Shown here in pieces: positions 12,759-25,080 of a stretch of DNA of 64,000 nt; positions within the stretch are counted from its first letter, which is position 1; each line of letters starts with the position of its first letter. The notes beneath the pieces are model-generated. The model did no database searches and was not told where the DNA came from. It worked only from the letters and a program-made list of their open reading frames with translations. The position numbers and the translations under genes were made by a program. This DNA is from Octopus sinensis (taxonomy: Eukaryota): assembly GCF_006345805.1 (NCBI RefSeq), contig NC_043000.1, positions 42,408,001 through 42,472,000 of the forward strand, in the 5' to 3' direction.

Positions 12759-12760
12759 TG
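11560..12760. repeat. Long compound TA/TATG/CATA/GA microsatellite block
   Basis: Direct reading; source of many listed pseudo-ORFs. Confidence 0.95.
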
Positions 12761-13185
12761 AGATAGATGACCAAGAACTGAATAGTAAGATATGTAAACA
12801 GAGTGATAATTGATATGAACGCAAGTAAATGTGTTAAGCTCACACATATAAACAAGCACATACAGAAAACAACATGCATGCATAGTTTATACACACATTC
12901 ATCTCAGCGTCAGCACACACACATACACACACACACATTCACACACACACACTTACGCGCGCACACACACACCCACAGACGCACACACAAGTATATGTTC
13001 GTCTTTCTTTCTCAGCTTTTCCATCTCTCTTTCATACGCTCGTATCTGGACACGCGCATACGCAATCTCTCGTGTTTGATTATATAATCAATAAGAAAAA
13101 AAAAAAGCAACGTTAATACCTGGGAGATAGCATCCGATAATGTTAGCTGCTAAGTGGCTGACAAAGTAAAGAGAGGCTGTTCAAA

Positions 13186-13199
13186 GTCGCCATAGCAAC
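13186..13199. promoter_or_regulatory. RFX X-box motif
   Basis: GTCGCCATAGCAAC fits GTNRCC-AT-RGYAAC exactly and lies outside any repeat I recognise. Confidence 0.4.
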
Positions 13200-13725
13200 G
13201 AGACATTGATTTGCAGTAATTTTGTTTGTTTTGTGATTGTTACTCTTATTAAGTATTTTATTTGTTGCTTATTTTTATTGTTTCTGTTGTTGTATTTCAT
13301 TGATGTGTTTCATTGTTTTTGTTGGTATTGTTGTTGTTGTTATTGTTGTTCTATGTATTTTGATATTGACGAATATCCAAAACAGTGTGGGTTCAAAGAA
13401 TGGATCATTAAATAGATGTGTATATCCTGACTAAGCGCTGTATTAATAATAACACTGACGAGTGAATAGCGTTAATGTGTGCAAATATTTATGCATTAAG
13501 TATAGATAGTAACTTGATATAAGTGAAATAGACTTCGCGTGTGTAGCGATAGTTTAAGCACATTGCGGTGTGATGGTGTGGAAGTGAGTGAGTGATCGTG
13601 TATGTGTGTGTGAATATGCGAAAGTTGTGATTGATATCGTCTATGACGGGGACGATGCTATATCTATAAGATGGATTAATGGACAAGACGTATATTTTAA
13701 TATCTACCTCCCTCCGTCTTTCCCG

Positions 13726-13823
<98 letters not shown>

Positions 13824-14139
13824 ACACATACACCAGTAGACACACATACATGTGTGTGTGTGTGTGTGTCTGTGCATATAGGGTCCCCGTCCATTAACTC
13901 TGTCTATACATCTGCACAAGTAGGTTTTAGTTGGGAAAGAGTTTAAGACTTTTTTTTTTACTTTTTCAAGAAGCGTCTGCATGCTTATTCTCCTCGCGCT
14001 ATCAACTTTTATTTAAGATGTGTCAGCGGTCTTGCACCGATATTGCTAGGCATTAGTGTCTAGCGAAAATATTGGTTTTAAATATTGGTACAAAGTCAGT
14101 AATTATAGGAGACTAGGTTCAAGTGATGCTCACAATATA

Positions 14140-14371
14140 TATTTCTTTACTACCCACAAGGGGCTAAACACAGAGGGGACAAACAAGGACAGACAAAGGG
14201 ATTAAGTCGATTACATCGACCCCAGTGCGTAACTGGTACTTAATTTATCGACCCCGAAAGGATGAAAGGCAAAGTCGACCTCGGCGGAATTTGAACTCGG
14301 AACGCAACGACAGACGAAATACGGCTACGCATTTCGCCCGGCGTGCTAACGTTTCTACCAGCTCGCCGCCT
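14140..14371 (-). mobile_element. Full-length tRNA-derived SINE (OR-like) with TSD
   Basis: A-box-like TGGTAGAAACG and B-box GAGTTCAAATTCC on the minus strand; 10-bp TSD TCACAATATA on both sides. Confidence 0.9.
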
Positions 14372-14374
14372 TCA

Positions 14375-14800
14375 CAATATAGCGTTGCTTCCACATCTGC
14401 CATGGTGCTGCTATTGCGCACACAGATATTCTAAACCATCTACTCAGAAGGGTCGTTTCAATGATTAATATTTAATAGCAAGAACGTCCCAGCCTCAGAA
14501 CCACAGGTGTGCTGTCGTTTCAATTGCAGCTATAATGACCCTCCGTTCCGTAGAGCTACAATTCCTCGTACCTTCACATCTCAGAAATCCTCAACTCACT
14601 CGTCTTTCCACCTCTCATTACTCTTGCTACGTCAAAACTCTCCGGCTCTGCACTAAATGCTATGTCTAGTTCTTTAATCTCTGAATATTGGCCCTCTGGA
14701 TTTTGGTCCCTTTTCAAGTTTTTTTCTGCTTTTGTTGATCTGCAATAGATTAAACGTAATGTAAAATGTCTCAGAGAGTATGTAAAGTTTCGGGTATTGA
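14375..14800 (-). mobile_element. Probable RLE-type LINE C-terminal relic (also carries exon-like splice sites at 14600-14739)
   Basis: IKELDIAFSAEPESFDVAR, RGFL...ERRVIIAAIETTAHLW and ISVCAIAAPWQMWKQR loosely resemble NeSL/HERO RLE ends. Alignment by eye is weak. Confidence 0.4.
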
Positions 14801-15049
14801 CCTTTTGCCTAGACTCTGTTAAAAAAACAAACAAACATCATATGGCTGGTTGGTGATGTACGATAGGTGGATAGCAGTGGATTTGTTGGCCATTCGTTAA
14901 CATTATAATACAAACAGGCTTTAATCACGAGTCAGCAGGAAAAAAACAGAACAAAAAAAAGTGCACACATAGTGGTAGTAAGGAGACTGAGGTAATCGTG
15001 AAGGAACTTGGCTTGAACGGTAATGGTTCTTTTAGATACTACCGCTCAC

Positions 15050-15105
15050 GGGTAGCGTAGTGGATATAATCGAAGAACGGTAAAGTATTTCACTATGGAA
15101 TCTGC
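15050..15105 (-). CDS. Candidate 56-nt exon
   Basis: Acceptor ttctatatctcacttttttacag, donor CCC|GTGAGC. Open in phase 0 (ADSIVKYFTVLRLYPLRYP) and phase 1. No protein recognised. Confidence 0.25.
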
Positions 15106-15223
15106 CTGTAAAAAAGTGAGATATAGAAATAATGAAAGGTTAAAATGTACGGATATGATAGAGAGGTAGCACGAAGACTAACAAAATGCATAACCCTTAC
15201 TTTTTAGCTTGCTATTGACATTC

Positions 15224-15451
15224 GGCGAGCTGGCAGAAACGTTAGCGCGCCGGGCGAAATGCTTAGCGGTAGTTCGTCTGACGTTACGTTCTGAGTTCAA
15301 ATTCCACCGAGGTAGACTTTGCCTTTCATCGTTTCGGGGTCGATAAATAAAGTACCAATTTCGCACTGGGGTCGATGTAATCGACTTAATCCGTTTGTCT
15401 GTCCTTGTTTGTCCCCTCTATGTTTAGCCCCTTGTGGATAGTAAAGAAATA
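15224..15451 (+). mobile_element. Full-length tRNA-derived SINE (OR-like) with TSD
   Basis: GGCGAGCTGGCAGAAACG...GAGTTCAAATTCC...GTAAAGAAATA; 10-bp TSD TATTGACATT (15213-15222 and 15452-15461). Confidence 0.9.
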
Positions 15452-15461
15452 TATTGACATT

Positions 15462-15900
15462 GCAATTTTTGGAAAGGCATTCGGTATTGCTGATAGTTTC
15501 CACACCTACGATAACTCTTCTCGTCATTTCAATATTTCTACATCGTACTTGTTTAAAGACTTGCCGCGGTTCATTACAACACCTTACTTCTAGCATATCT
15601 ACTATACTACCTGCTAGCAGTATTTTCTTAGGGTGATAAAAACACTGGTGCACAAACTACTACTGAACTATCTCCCCCAGTTCCACGTCTCATGTACTTT
15701 TTTAAAATCCTTTTTTCTTTTTGATATACTTACCTGTACATAGCTTTACCCGTTTGCCTTGTGATGCTTGTAGCTGACCAGCTAATCGCTAACGTTTCTT
15801 TATCTGCCGTACACCATTGAACGAATCTTATTTTCCCATCCATCTACCACTTCGGAAAAAGGCCTGTTTCTTTCATCTAGTTTATTCTGCATGCTGCATA
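15462..15900 (-). mobile_element. Old R4/Dong-like LINE relic
   Basis: VDGWENKI... and GVETISNTECLSK (cf. ETIxHIVSECSKL); heavily degraded. Confidence 0.45.
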
Positions 15901-16035
15901 GACTTAACACACTTATCATCTGGAGTAAGAATTAATTGAAACAGCACACATATATAATTATATCCTAACAGGAGATGAAAGATTATCTATCAGTCTATCT
16001 GTCTGTCCTTATTTATGTATGTCTCTCTCCTGTAT

Positions 16036-16072
<37 letters not shown>

Positions 16073-16088
16073 ATCTATCTATCTATCA

Positions 16089-16135
<47 letters not shown>

Positions 16136-16482
16136 AATCTATCTATCTATCTATACTCGAGTGTTTCTATATGCCCGACGATGCATCTTCTAGCTGAATA
16201 TTAGTGTACAAATACTTTAGGGTTCTTCGAATATATTATCATGAGTTAAAAGACCATGATGAACTGACACTAAACACTCAACTAACAGATATAAATATGC
16301 CTCAGTTGAATTCATAACTGAAAAGCGCCGTTGAAGGTCAATTGTAAAATATAGAAAATGCTGTTATGACAGTAGATCTACTATTTAAAACTAAACGAAG
16401 ATAGATACTACCCCACCCCACCGGGGTTATTTGATATAAAACCCCTCAAAATACCACAAAGTCCATCCCCTCATTATATAAA

Positions 16483-16650
16483 TATTCTTTTATCCCCTTA
16501 CTTGTTTCAGTCACTAGACTGTTGCCATACTGGGGCATCGCCTTGAATTCTTTTTAGTCGAATGAATCGACCAAGTACTTTTTTTTAAAACTTGGTACTT
16601 ATTCTGTCATTCTCTTTTGCCGAACCGCCAGTTACGGGGGACACAAACCA
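16483..16650 (-). mobile_element. SINE 3' tail segment
   Basis: TTACTTGTTTCAGTCA...GCCGAACCGCCAGTTACGGGG; same tail as 48071 and 49337. Confidence 0.75.
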
Positions 16651-16664
16651 AAGTGATAAGAAAA

Positions 16665-17893
16665 AAGAGATGAAGAAATGAAACAAATGACCAGTAGGGA
16701 ATACACAAATAGAATCATAAATTTATTGAAGTCAAAGCTGAATTCAAAAATTCTTTATTGAAGTAATAAATTCAAGGGCATTACTCTTAATCAGATATGG
16801 AATTGAAATTATAGACTGGACCAAAAACGACATAAAGAAACTTGACAGAAAAACTAGAAAGTTGTTGATAATGTATGTAGCCCACGATTCGAAAGCTGAT
16901 ATCAACCGGCTGTACTTGAGGAAAGACCAGGATAGAAGAGGCTTAACAACAGTAGAAGAATGTGTACAGCTGAAAAGAAAAAGACTAGTAGATTATTTAC
17001 AGAGCAGTACAGAAGAACTACTAAAGACAGTAAATAAAGAACGAGATGAATGAAATACAAAGAGAGCACGTAAGACAGATTGAAGAGAAACCCCTGTATG
17101 GTCAATTTTGGAGAGCCACTGAAGACGTATGTGGAATAAAATCTTGGGCTTAATTAAAGAAGGGAGTAATGAAAAAAAGAAATAGAGAGCCTAGTTGTAG
17201 CAGCCCTGGATCAAGCGATAAAAACAAACAGAAAAAAATATAGAGAGAGGATGTGTCAGAAAGATGTAGAGCTTGTGAAACTTGGAACGAGGAAGTGGCA
17301 CACATTGTGACCGAATGTCCTACGTTGGTACAGGAAGAATATAAGAAATGAGTGCACGACCAGGTTGTAAAAGTTTTACAGTGGAAACTCTGCCAGAAAT
17401 GGGGACTTGAAGCTGGAAACACATGGCACAATCACAGAGTCGAAAGAGTAGTGGCGAAATGTAAGATTTTGTGGGACTTTCCTATTCAAACGGACAAGAA
17501 GCTGAAAATAATAGACTGAACATAACAATTGTAGATAAAGAAGAACGAAATTGCTTATTAATCGACCTATCATGCCTGTTTTATTCCAAGATCGTAAAGA
17601 AAGAGGCAAAAAAAAAACAAGACAAAAAACAACCAAAAAACAAAAATACAATCATTTACGATTTGAAAGAGGAAGAATTTAGAGCTTGAGAACAATAACG
17701 GTTGTTCCTATAATAATTTCTGCATTGGGAGCAATAAGCAACGATATTGAAAAATAGCGGAAGGAGAGTGGATTAGAATGGCCGGTAGAAATCCTCCAGT
17801 AAGTTAGCCTCTTACTGCAAGTATTATCAGCAAGGATTAACCCACTACCCACATAAATCCTACCAGGAATAAGATTCAACCTGTACGATTCCA
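16665..17893 (+). mobile_element. R4/Dong-clade LINE 3' fragment (RT thumb, CCHC, RLE), degenerate
   Basis: LLKSKLNS...RYGIEIIDWTKNDIKKLDRKTRKLL...KADINRLYLRKDQDRRGL...CRACETWNEEVAHIVTECPTL...KILWDFPIQTD...VVPIIISALG; followed by (AAT)n. Confidence 0.9.
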
Positions 17894-17894
17894 A

Positions 17895-17949
<55 letters not shown>

Positions 17950-18014
17950 GTAATAATGATAATAATAATAACAACAACAACAACAACAGCAGCAGCAGCA
18001 ACAACAACAACACT

Positions 18015-18047
<33 letters not shown>

Positions 18048-18054
18048 AATAATA

Positions 18055-18114
<60 letters not shown>

Positions 18115-18130
18115 TAATAATAATAATAAT

Positions 18131-18294
18131 TCTTTCTACTGGAGGCGCAAGCCTCAAATTTGTGTGGTGGTGACTCGGCGATTATATCGATCCTAGTGAT
18201 TCACTGGTACTTAATTTATCGACCCCGAAACGATGAAAGGCAAAGTCGACCTCGGCGGCATTTGAATGCAGAACGTAACGACAGGCGAAATACC
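18131..18294 (-). mobile_element. SINE (OR-like subfamily), 5'-truncated and fused to the next copy
   Basis: Tail TCTTTCTACTGGAGGCGCAAG; body ends at GAAATACC where the next SINE tail begins. Confidence 0.85.
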
Positions 18295-18526
18295 TATTTC
18301 TTTACTACCCACAAGGGGCTAATCATAGAGAGGACAAACAAGGACAGACAAACGGATTAAGTTGATTATATCGATCCCAGTGCGTAACTGGTACTTATTT
18401 AATCGACCCTGAAAGGATGAAAGACAAAGTCGACCTCGGCGGAATTTGAACTCAGAACGTAGTGGCAGACTAAATACCGCTAAGCATTTCGTCCGGCGCA
18501 CTAACGTTTCTGCCAGCTCGCCACCT

Positions 18527-18527
<1 letters not shown>
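18295..18527 (-). mobile_element. Full-length OR-like SINE
   Basis: Same family as 14140-14371. Confidence 0.9.
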
Positions 18528-18577
<50 letters not shown>

Positions 18578-18611
18578 TAGTAATGATAATAATGATAATA
18601 ATAATAATAAT

Positions 18612-18825
18612 CCTTTCTACTGGAGGCGCAAGGCCTCAAATTTGTGTTGTGGGGTCTCGGTGATTATATCGATCCCAGTGATTCACTGGTACTTAATTTA
18701 TCGATCCCGAAACGACGAAAAGCAAAGTCGACCTCGGTGGAATTTGAATGCAGAACGTAGCGACAGGCGAAATACCGCTAAGCATTTCGTCCAGCGTGCT
18801 AATGATTCTGCCAGCTCACCGCCTT
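18612..18825 (-). mobile_element. Full-length SINE (same subfamily as 18131)
   Basis: CCTTTCTACTGGAGGCGCAAGG...GCCAGCTCACCGCCTT. Confidence 0.9.
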
Positions 18826-18892
18826 AGTAGTAGTATTAGTAGTAGTAGTAGTAGTAGTAATAGTAGTAATAATAATGATGATGATGATGATG

Positions 18893-18956
<64 letters not shown>

Positions 18957-19168
18957 CCTTTCAACTAAAGGTACAAGGTCTGATATTTGTGGGAGGGGGA
19001 TAATCGATTATATCAACCCCAGTACTCAAGTTGTACTTATGTTATCGACCTTGAAAGGCCGAAAAGCAAATTGACCCCGGGGGAATTTGAACTCAGAACT
19101 TAGCGACAGGCGAAACAATACGAAGCATTTCATCCAGCATGCTAACGATTCTGTCAGCTCGCCACCTT
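18957..19168 (-). mobile_element. Older full-length SINE of the same superfamily
   Basis: CCTTTCAACTAAAGGTACAAGG...GAATTTGAACTC...CAGCTCGCCACCTT. Confidence 0.85.
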
Positions 19169-19188
19169 AATCATGATGATGATAATGC

Positions 19189-19222
<34 letters not shown>

Positions 19223-19237
19223 ATGATGATGATGATG

Positions 19238-19277
<40 letters not shown>

Positions 19278-19298
19278 TAAATAATAATAATAATAATG

Positions 19299-19370
<72 letters not shown>

Positions 19371-19374
<4 letters not shown>

Positions 19375-19941
19375 TGGAACCTACATACATTGGAAGCTAT
19401 GCCAACATTATGGAATAACAACAGAAAAAAGATAGTATAGGCACACACCAGAAAAGGTCACAGAAAACGAGAAAGCAACCATACTCTGGGATATGCCGAT
19501 ACACACAGATAGAGAAATTAAGGCCAACAGACCAGATATAGTTGTCAGAGATCATGAAGAAAAAAAAATGCTTTCTAATTGATGTATCAATACCGGCAGA
19601 TGACAACGTGTCTCTAAAAGAAATGGAGAAACTCTCAACATACAAAGACCTGGAAATAGAGGTAACTAGAATGTGGAATCTGAAAACAGAAACAATTCCT
19701 ATCATAGTAGGTGCATTAGGCATGATAAAAAAATATTCAGACAAATACATAACAAAAACACCAGGACTTACAAACACATATAACATACAGAAAATTGCAC
19801 TACTAGGCACTGCACACATCCTACGCAGAACACTTTCCATACAATAACCATCAGAGCATCACAACAAATCACAGCACATACCCAAGGCACACAGAGCTGC
19901 GCTCGGTAGTGAAGTGAAAGCACGCTATAAAGATAAAACTA

Positions 19942-19945
<4 letters not shown>
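19371..19945 (+). mobile_element. Young 5'-truncated R4/Dong LINE: RLE domain and 3'UTR, flanked by (AAT)n on both sides
   Basis: VGTYIHWKLCQHYG...ILWDMPIHTDREIKANRPDIVVRD...CFLIDVSIP...KYKDL-like...IPIIVGALG...ALLGTAHILRRTLSIQ* (PD-(D/E)xK nuclease); only one stop and one frameshift. Confidence 0.95.
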
Positions 19946-20012
<67 letters not shown>

Positions 20013-20014
<2 letters not shown>

Positions 20015-21209
20015 GACGGAATAAGATTAAAGTTATCAATACCTGGGCCGTTTCACTCCTTAGATATGGAGCAGGGGTAATCGCATGGATAGTAGACGAA
20101 CCATACAGCTTCGAAAGAAAGACAAGGAAGTTGCTAAGTAGGTGTGGGATACTCCACCCAAAAAGTGACACAGACAGACTGTAAGTAGCAAGAATAAAAG
20201 GGGGAAGAGGACTTATTGGATGCGAACACGGTATTACAGCAGAAGAAAACCACATAGTATGGTATGTAAAAAATGCCACAGAACCGCTATTATTAGAAGT
20301 AAGGATAGGCTTGTGCAGGACGAAAGATTGCAAAGATAAAGCACTGTACAAGCAATTGAAAACGAATGAAACTGAAAATAAGTGGGTAAAGAAAATAATG
20401 CATGGTCAATTTCTCAGAGATGTTGAAGTCAAGACCGACAGAGAAAAAAGATGTCTGTGGATGACTAAAAGTGATTTAAAACCGGAAACGGAGGCTCTAA
20501 TCTGTGCTGCCCAAGAGCAGGCACTAAGAACAAATTACATAAAATACAGAATAGACAACACATCAGAAAGTGATAAGTGAAGAATTTGTGGACAAAATGG
20601 TGAAACCGTTTGGCATATTACTAGTACGCCACTAGCCCATAAGGAATATAACAGACGCCACGACAATATAGCAAGGCTTGTCCATTGGACACTTTGCAAC
20701 AAGTATGGACTTAACAGATAAAAAATGGTACGACCATAAACCCGAAGGCATCATCGAAAATAATAATGCAAAGATCCTATGGGATTTTATGATTCAGTGC
20801 GATAGAGAATAGGAAGCCGGACGTACTCTTAATTGAGAAAGAAAACAAACTATGCTGGATCATAGATATAGCATGTCCAGCTCACAACAGGGTATGCGAT
20901 AAGGAAGAAAGGAAAGTCGATAGATATGACAGGTTAGCTTGGGAGTTTAAGCTGTTCTGGTCGATGAAAAAAGTGGTAGTAGTACCAATAATTGTCGGAG
21001 CCCGGTGAAAAGTGAGTAAAAATCTGGAGAGGTACATGGAACAAATAGGGGCTGCAATAAGGGTGGAGTACTTTCAGAAAACATCACAACTTAGAACCAC
21101 TCGAATACTCTGGAAGGTGCTCGAAAAATAAGAGGTGTTACCTTAGTTCATTGGTAGTGAACAGCTGATATTGTAGTACATCTCTTTGCGTTAGAAGCAG
21201 TTCTAAGGC
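20013..21209 (+). mobile_element. R4/Dong LINE 3' fragment, different subfamily, flanked by (AAT)n
   Basis: INTWAVSLLRYGAG...HPKSDTDRL...KGGRGL...MHGQFLRD...DLKPETEALICAAQEQALRTNY...RRHDNIARLVHW...KILWDF...VVPIIVGA...RILWKVLEK*. Confidence 0.93.
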
Positions 21210-21372
<163 letters not shown>

Positions 21373-22440
21373 ATTTCTTTTGAAGCGGTTCTTTCTCCCT
21401 TTAAAGGGAAACCTCACTCTCTCTTTTATTTCTCGGTGAACTGTCTTTCTCCCTTCCCTACTTCGAATGCAAATGTTGGTGACAATACCAACAGTCACCA
21501 ATCAAATTCCCCATTAGTGAAATATGCTTTACTGTGAATGTTTATAAGATATGAAATACGACCATGACATTCAGCAGTTTGCAGGACTTAAAGATCAGAT
21601 TTACTTGTATCCTGCAATTCTTTATTTTGCAAAATTTCAATTGTTTATTATTAAAGATGTCGCTCTTCTGTTTATAGATTTTACACATTTCTAGAGGGTC
21701 TATTTTCTTCATATTGCATGAATAATTTTAGTGAAACGAAGTTTTTCATTTCAGTATATTGTATATGTGAGACCCCTACAGTGATTACATGCGTATTTCT
21801 CTCTCTGTTTCTATCTCCTTATCGCTGTCATTCTGTCTTACTCTATGCAGTCGTACACTTAAACATTATCACATGCACATTCACTCACAAACACAGATAT
21901 ACATGTACATTCTTACACACATATTCACACACGCCAACTCAACACGTGAACAAACACATACACACTCAAATACATTCACACTTACATTTATTTATAACTA
22001 TGTGTAAGCTTCTCTGTGCAGAGACTTCATAGCTGAATAGATAAACAGACTATATCAAGCAATAACACACATCTGCACTCACGTTCTAGCTCACTCGTAC
22101 ACACAAGCACATAAACAGGTATTCGTACTATCTCATTCAAAATGTATAAGTGGTGCGAAACAAATCAAATTGTTTCTCTCAGAAGCGGCGGCTGCCGTTT
22201 CACCAAACTATTCCGCATGGATCTTAGCGTTTTAGATACGGTTATGGCCAATGTTAAGCAATGTATTGATGTATCAATAAATGTGTTAGAGAAGACATGA
22301 GGTTTTGAAATGATGAAGGAAAAATAAAAAAAATAATTACAATAAAATGCTTTAAGTATATGCTTGCGAAATGTGGACAGCCACCGAGGAATTATTCGTA
22401 AGCAAATCACTGAGAAATATTTTATGCAAACGATGGGAGC

Positions 22441-23290
22441 AATTTTAAACTAATAAAGACAAAACTAATGTGCCTAGACAACCAATATATTCATCGATCC
22501 AACATTAAGAAGAAAATAGCGAGATAAAGAGTATTATTAAAAAGGCGTACAAAGCAATTTTACGTGTAATATGTGGTCATTTTAAAACTAATAAAGTATT
22601 TTGAATGACGTGTTTAAGACAATCTGAACTATTATCCATCTATACATCCGTGTTTCTGTGAAGAGAGGAAAGGAATAGAATATAAAAAGTGTTTTAAAAA
22701 GGGGTGAGAAAAAGTCAAAATAATTCAACTACTTTAGAAACAAGTTTTCATTTTTAAGTATGAATCAATGTAAAACTAATAAAGAAATCAGTGAAATGTC
22801 TAGACAACACCCAATTTCATCATTTTTTTTTTTTGATCAGGAGGGAGGCTTAGAGACAGCATACCGGCCAGTTTTGAATAGCCCTGACAAAGAATAACTA
22901 AATGAAATAGGTGATCAATTGAAAGTTAATAAAGAAATCAGTGACATGACTAGAGAACCTTAGATTCATCCATCTGTCTATTAGAAAAAGATAATGGAAA
23001 ATAAATAGAGCGTGTTTTGAAAAGTAGCAATAAGTAGACTTACTAAGCAAGCCTAAAATGTATGTTTGTGACCAAAATAAGGTTAATTTGACGCTAATAA
23101 AGAAATCTCTGACACTGATAGACCTCTATTAGTTTAATCTACTCATCATTAGACAAATACAATGAAAACATATATATTGTGATATGAAAAGTGGTGTCAA
23201 AATGATTTGTTAATCAAGCAAATCGTCCAAGAAGAAATATTACGTGTAAAATAGAGGTCAGTTTAAGACTAATGATGAAATTAGTAATTT
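22441..23290. repeat. Highly degenerate tandem array, ~6 units of 140-190 bp
   Basis: Anchor CTAATAAAGAAATCAGTGA...CTAGA recurs near 22449, 22588, 22775, 22926, 23094 and 23269. Confidence 0.65.
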
Positions 23291-23445
23291 AACAAGGCCA
23301 CCCACATATATCATTATGCATCGATACACGTCGATGGAGGCGAAGACGAAGAGGTTCATTGGGAAATTCTGAAAAAAATAGGTCTATACACCGTCGTTTG
23401 ATAAATGATGAAAGAGCGAATGACAAAACAAATTAAAAGCTTGTA

Positions 23446-23690
23446 GCATCGGCTGCAAACTCGGATGTTGCCGCTCGTAACGCAAAGAAGAGAAAAAGGA
23501 ATTTATACAGAGACCTGGCCGGCCGCTATCAGTGTATGCCAGTCGCCTTCATGATGTCAGGTATTCTAGGACCCAGTACTGCCGATTTCCTCCGCAGAAT
23601 AGGATAACGACGGACCGTCAGAGAAATAAGCCCTGCGTGGTGAAGTGGCTGCTGTAATGTGTGTCGCTAACCATTCTCTGCAACGTTTAT
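23446..23690 (+). mobile_element. CRE-clade non-LTR retrotransposon RLE C-terminal relic
   Basis: AARNAKKRKRNLYRDLAGRYQCMPVAFMMSGILGPSTADFLRRIG...KWLL*CVSL, cf. AAxxAExRKxxKYxxL...FxPxAxETxGxxGP...LxQRISLA. Confidence 0.7.
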
Positions 23691-23751
23691 CCTTTCATCT
23701 TTTCGGAATCGATAGCTACCAGTTGCCATAAATCTGAAACAATTATAATAA

Positions 23752-23935
23752 AGGCAGTGAGCTGGCAGAATTTTTGGCACACTGGACAAAATGTTTAGTG
23801 GCATTTCTCCCAGGTCTATGCGTTCTGAGTTCAAAATCTGTCGAGGTTAATTTTACTAGTCATAATTTCAGTACCAGCTAAACCTAACCTCTCCAAATTC
23901 CAGACCTTTTATCTTTAGTAGAAGAGATTTTTAAT
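23752..23935 (+). mobile_element. Degenerate OR-like SINE
   Basis: AAGGCAGTGAGCTGGCAGAA...TTCTGAGTTCAAAA...TTAGTAGAAGAGATT. Confidence 0.65.
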
Positions 23936-24300
23936 TATACCGTAAGAAGATATATTGGTAGAATTAGTAGAGGATCGTGTGATATTCTATTCACTTGAGT
24001 TCAATCGTCATGCTGGAAACCCTTCTGTATCATCAACGGTTATTTCAGAGTCACAAAAGTTTCACCCCTTAGCCTGGGAAAAGACATTAGGAGAAAATAT
24101 CATAGCGACGACTATGACCGCTAAGGTTCAGCCCTAGATAGATCAGATAGATATGACCATAACGGATTCCTGCCTCCTAGAGCTGAAGAGTTACATTTGA
24201 CTTCGGTTTTAGAGTCTGACGAGACGTTCACGGGGCTAAGGCCTTTGTGGATGCGAAACCGTTGGTCACTCTATGATTGGACATAGACTCAACTACTTCT

Positions 24301-24355
<55 letters not shown>

Positions 24356-25080
24356 TATATATATTATATATATATATATGTACTATAGATTTTAGAGAGG
24401 TTTTTATATATTATATGGATATCTATTTCTCAAAATACTATTTTCATTATATTAATTCTCTTAACAAATTATGCAGTATGTGTGTATGTACATGTTAGTA
24501 TGTATGTACCTGCATAAACACATACGCACTCGCACACATTCACATACGCAGACACACAATGACACACACACATACACACACATGCACACACACACAAATA
24601 TGTATGCATATATGTGCATACAGTTGAAGGTTACTAGCTGCGTCGCGTGAAAATCACATTGTGAAAAGTAGTGCACGCAGTAAGGATATACACAAGCAAA
24701 GCAATAAGGCAAAAGCTACAAATTTAATCTCTTCATCCGTTGTCAGCTTGAAATCATTAGCATTTCACCTCTTTTAATATTGTTCATTTCAAACTATGTC
24801 TAAAACTTAGAGTTAATTGAGTACAGACCTGACGAGTGCATAATAAAAAGAAAATACGGACAGGAAAAGGATAATATGAAACAGAACGAGTTGACACAGA
24901 TTTTGACTACACATGATTAGTTTCCAGTGAAACTCTTGAAACAGTATGATCCATTATGCAGTAATTTATAAGAAGCTGCATGTATTGCAAAACACATTGC
25001 AATATTTCTGTGAATCCCTATAGCTACTTGCCTTGATATATTTTCGTATGTACCTCTTTAAACCCGCTATACATATATAT

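Noticed and set aside
14140-19168. tRNA-like A/B boxes read as tRNA genes
   Set aside because: They continue into SINE bodies with tails and TSDs, and no cloverleaf or anticodon arm can be drawn.
18131-19168. Repeat-spacer pattern resembling a CRISPR array
   Set aside because: Units are ~200-bp SINEs separated by microsatellites; eukaryotic context and no cas genes.
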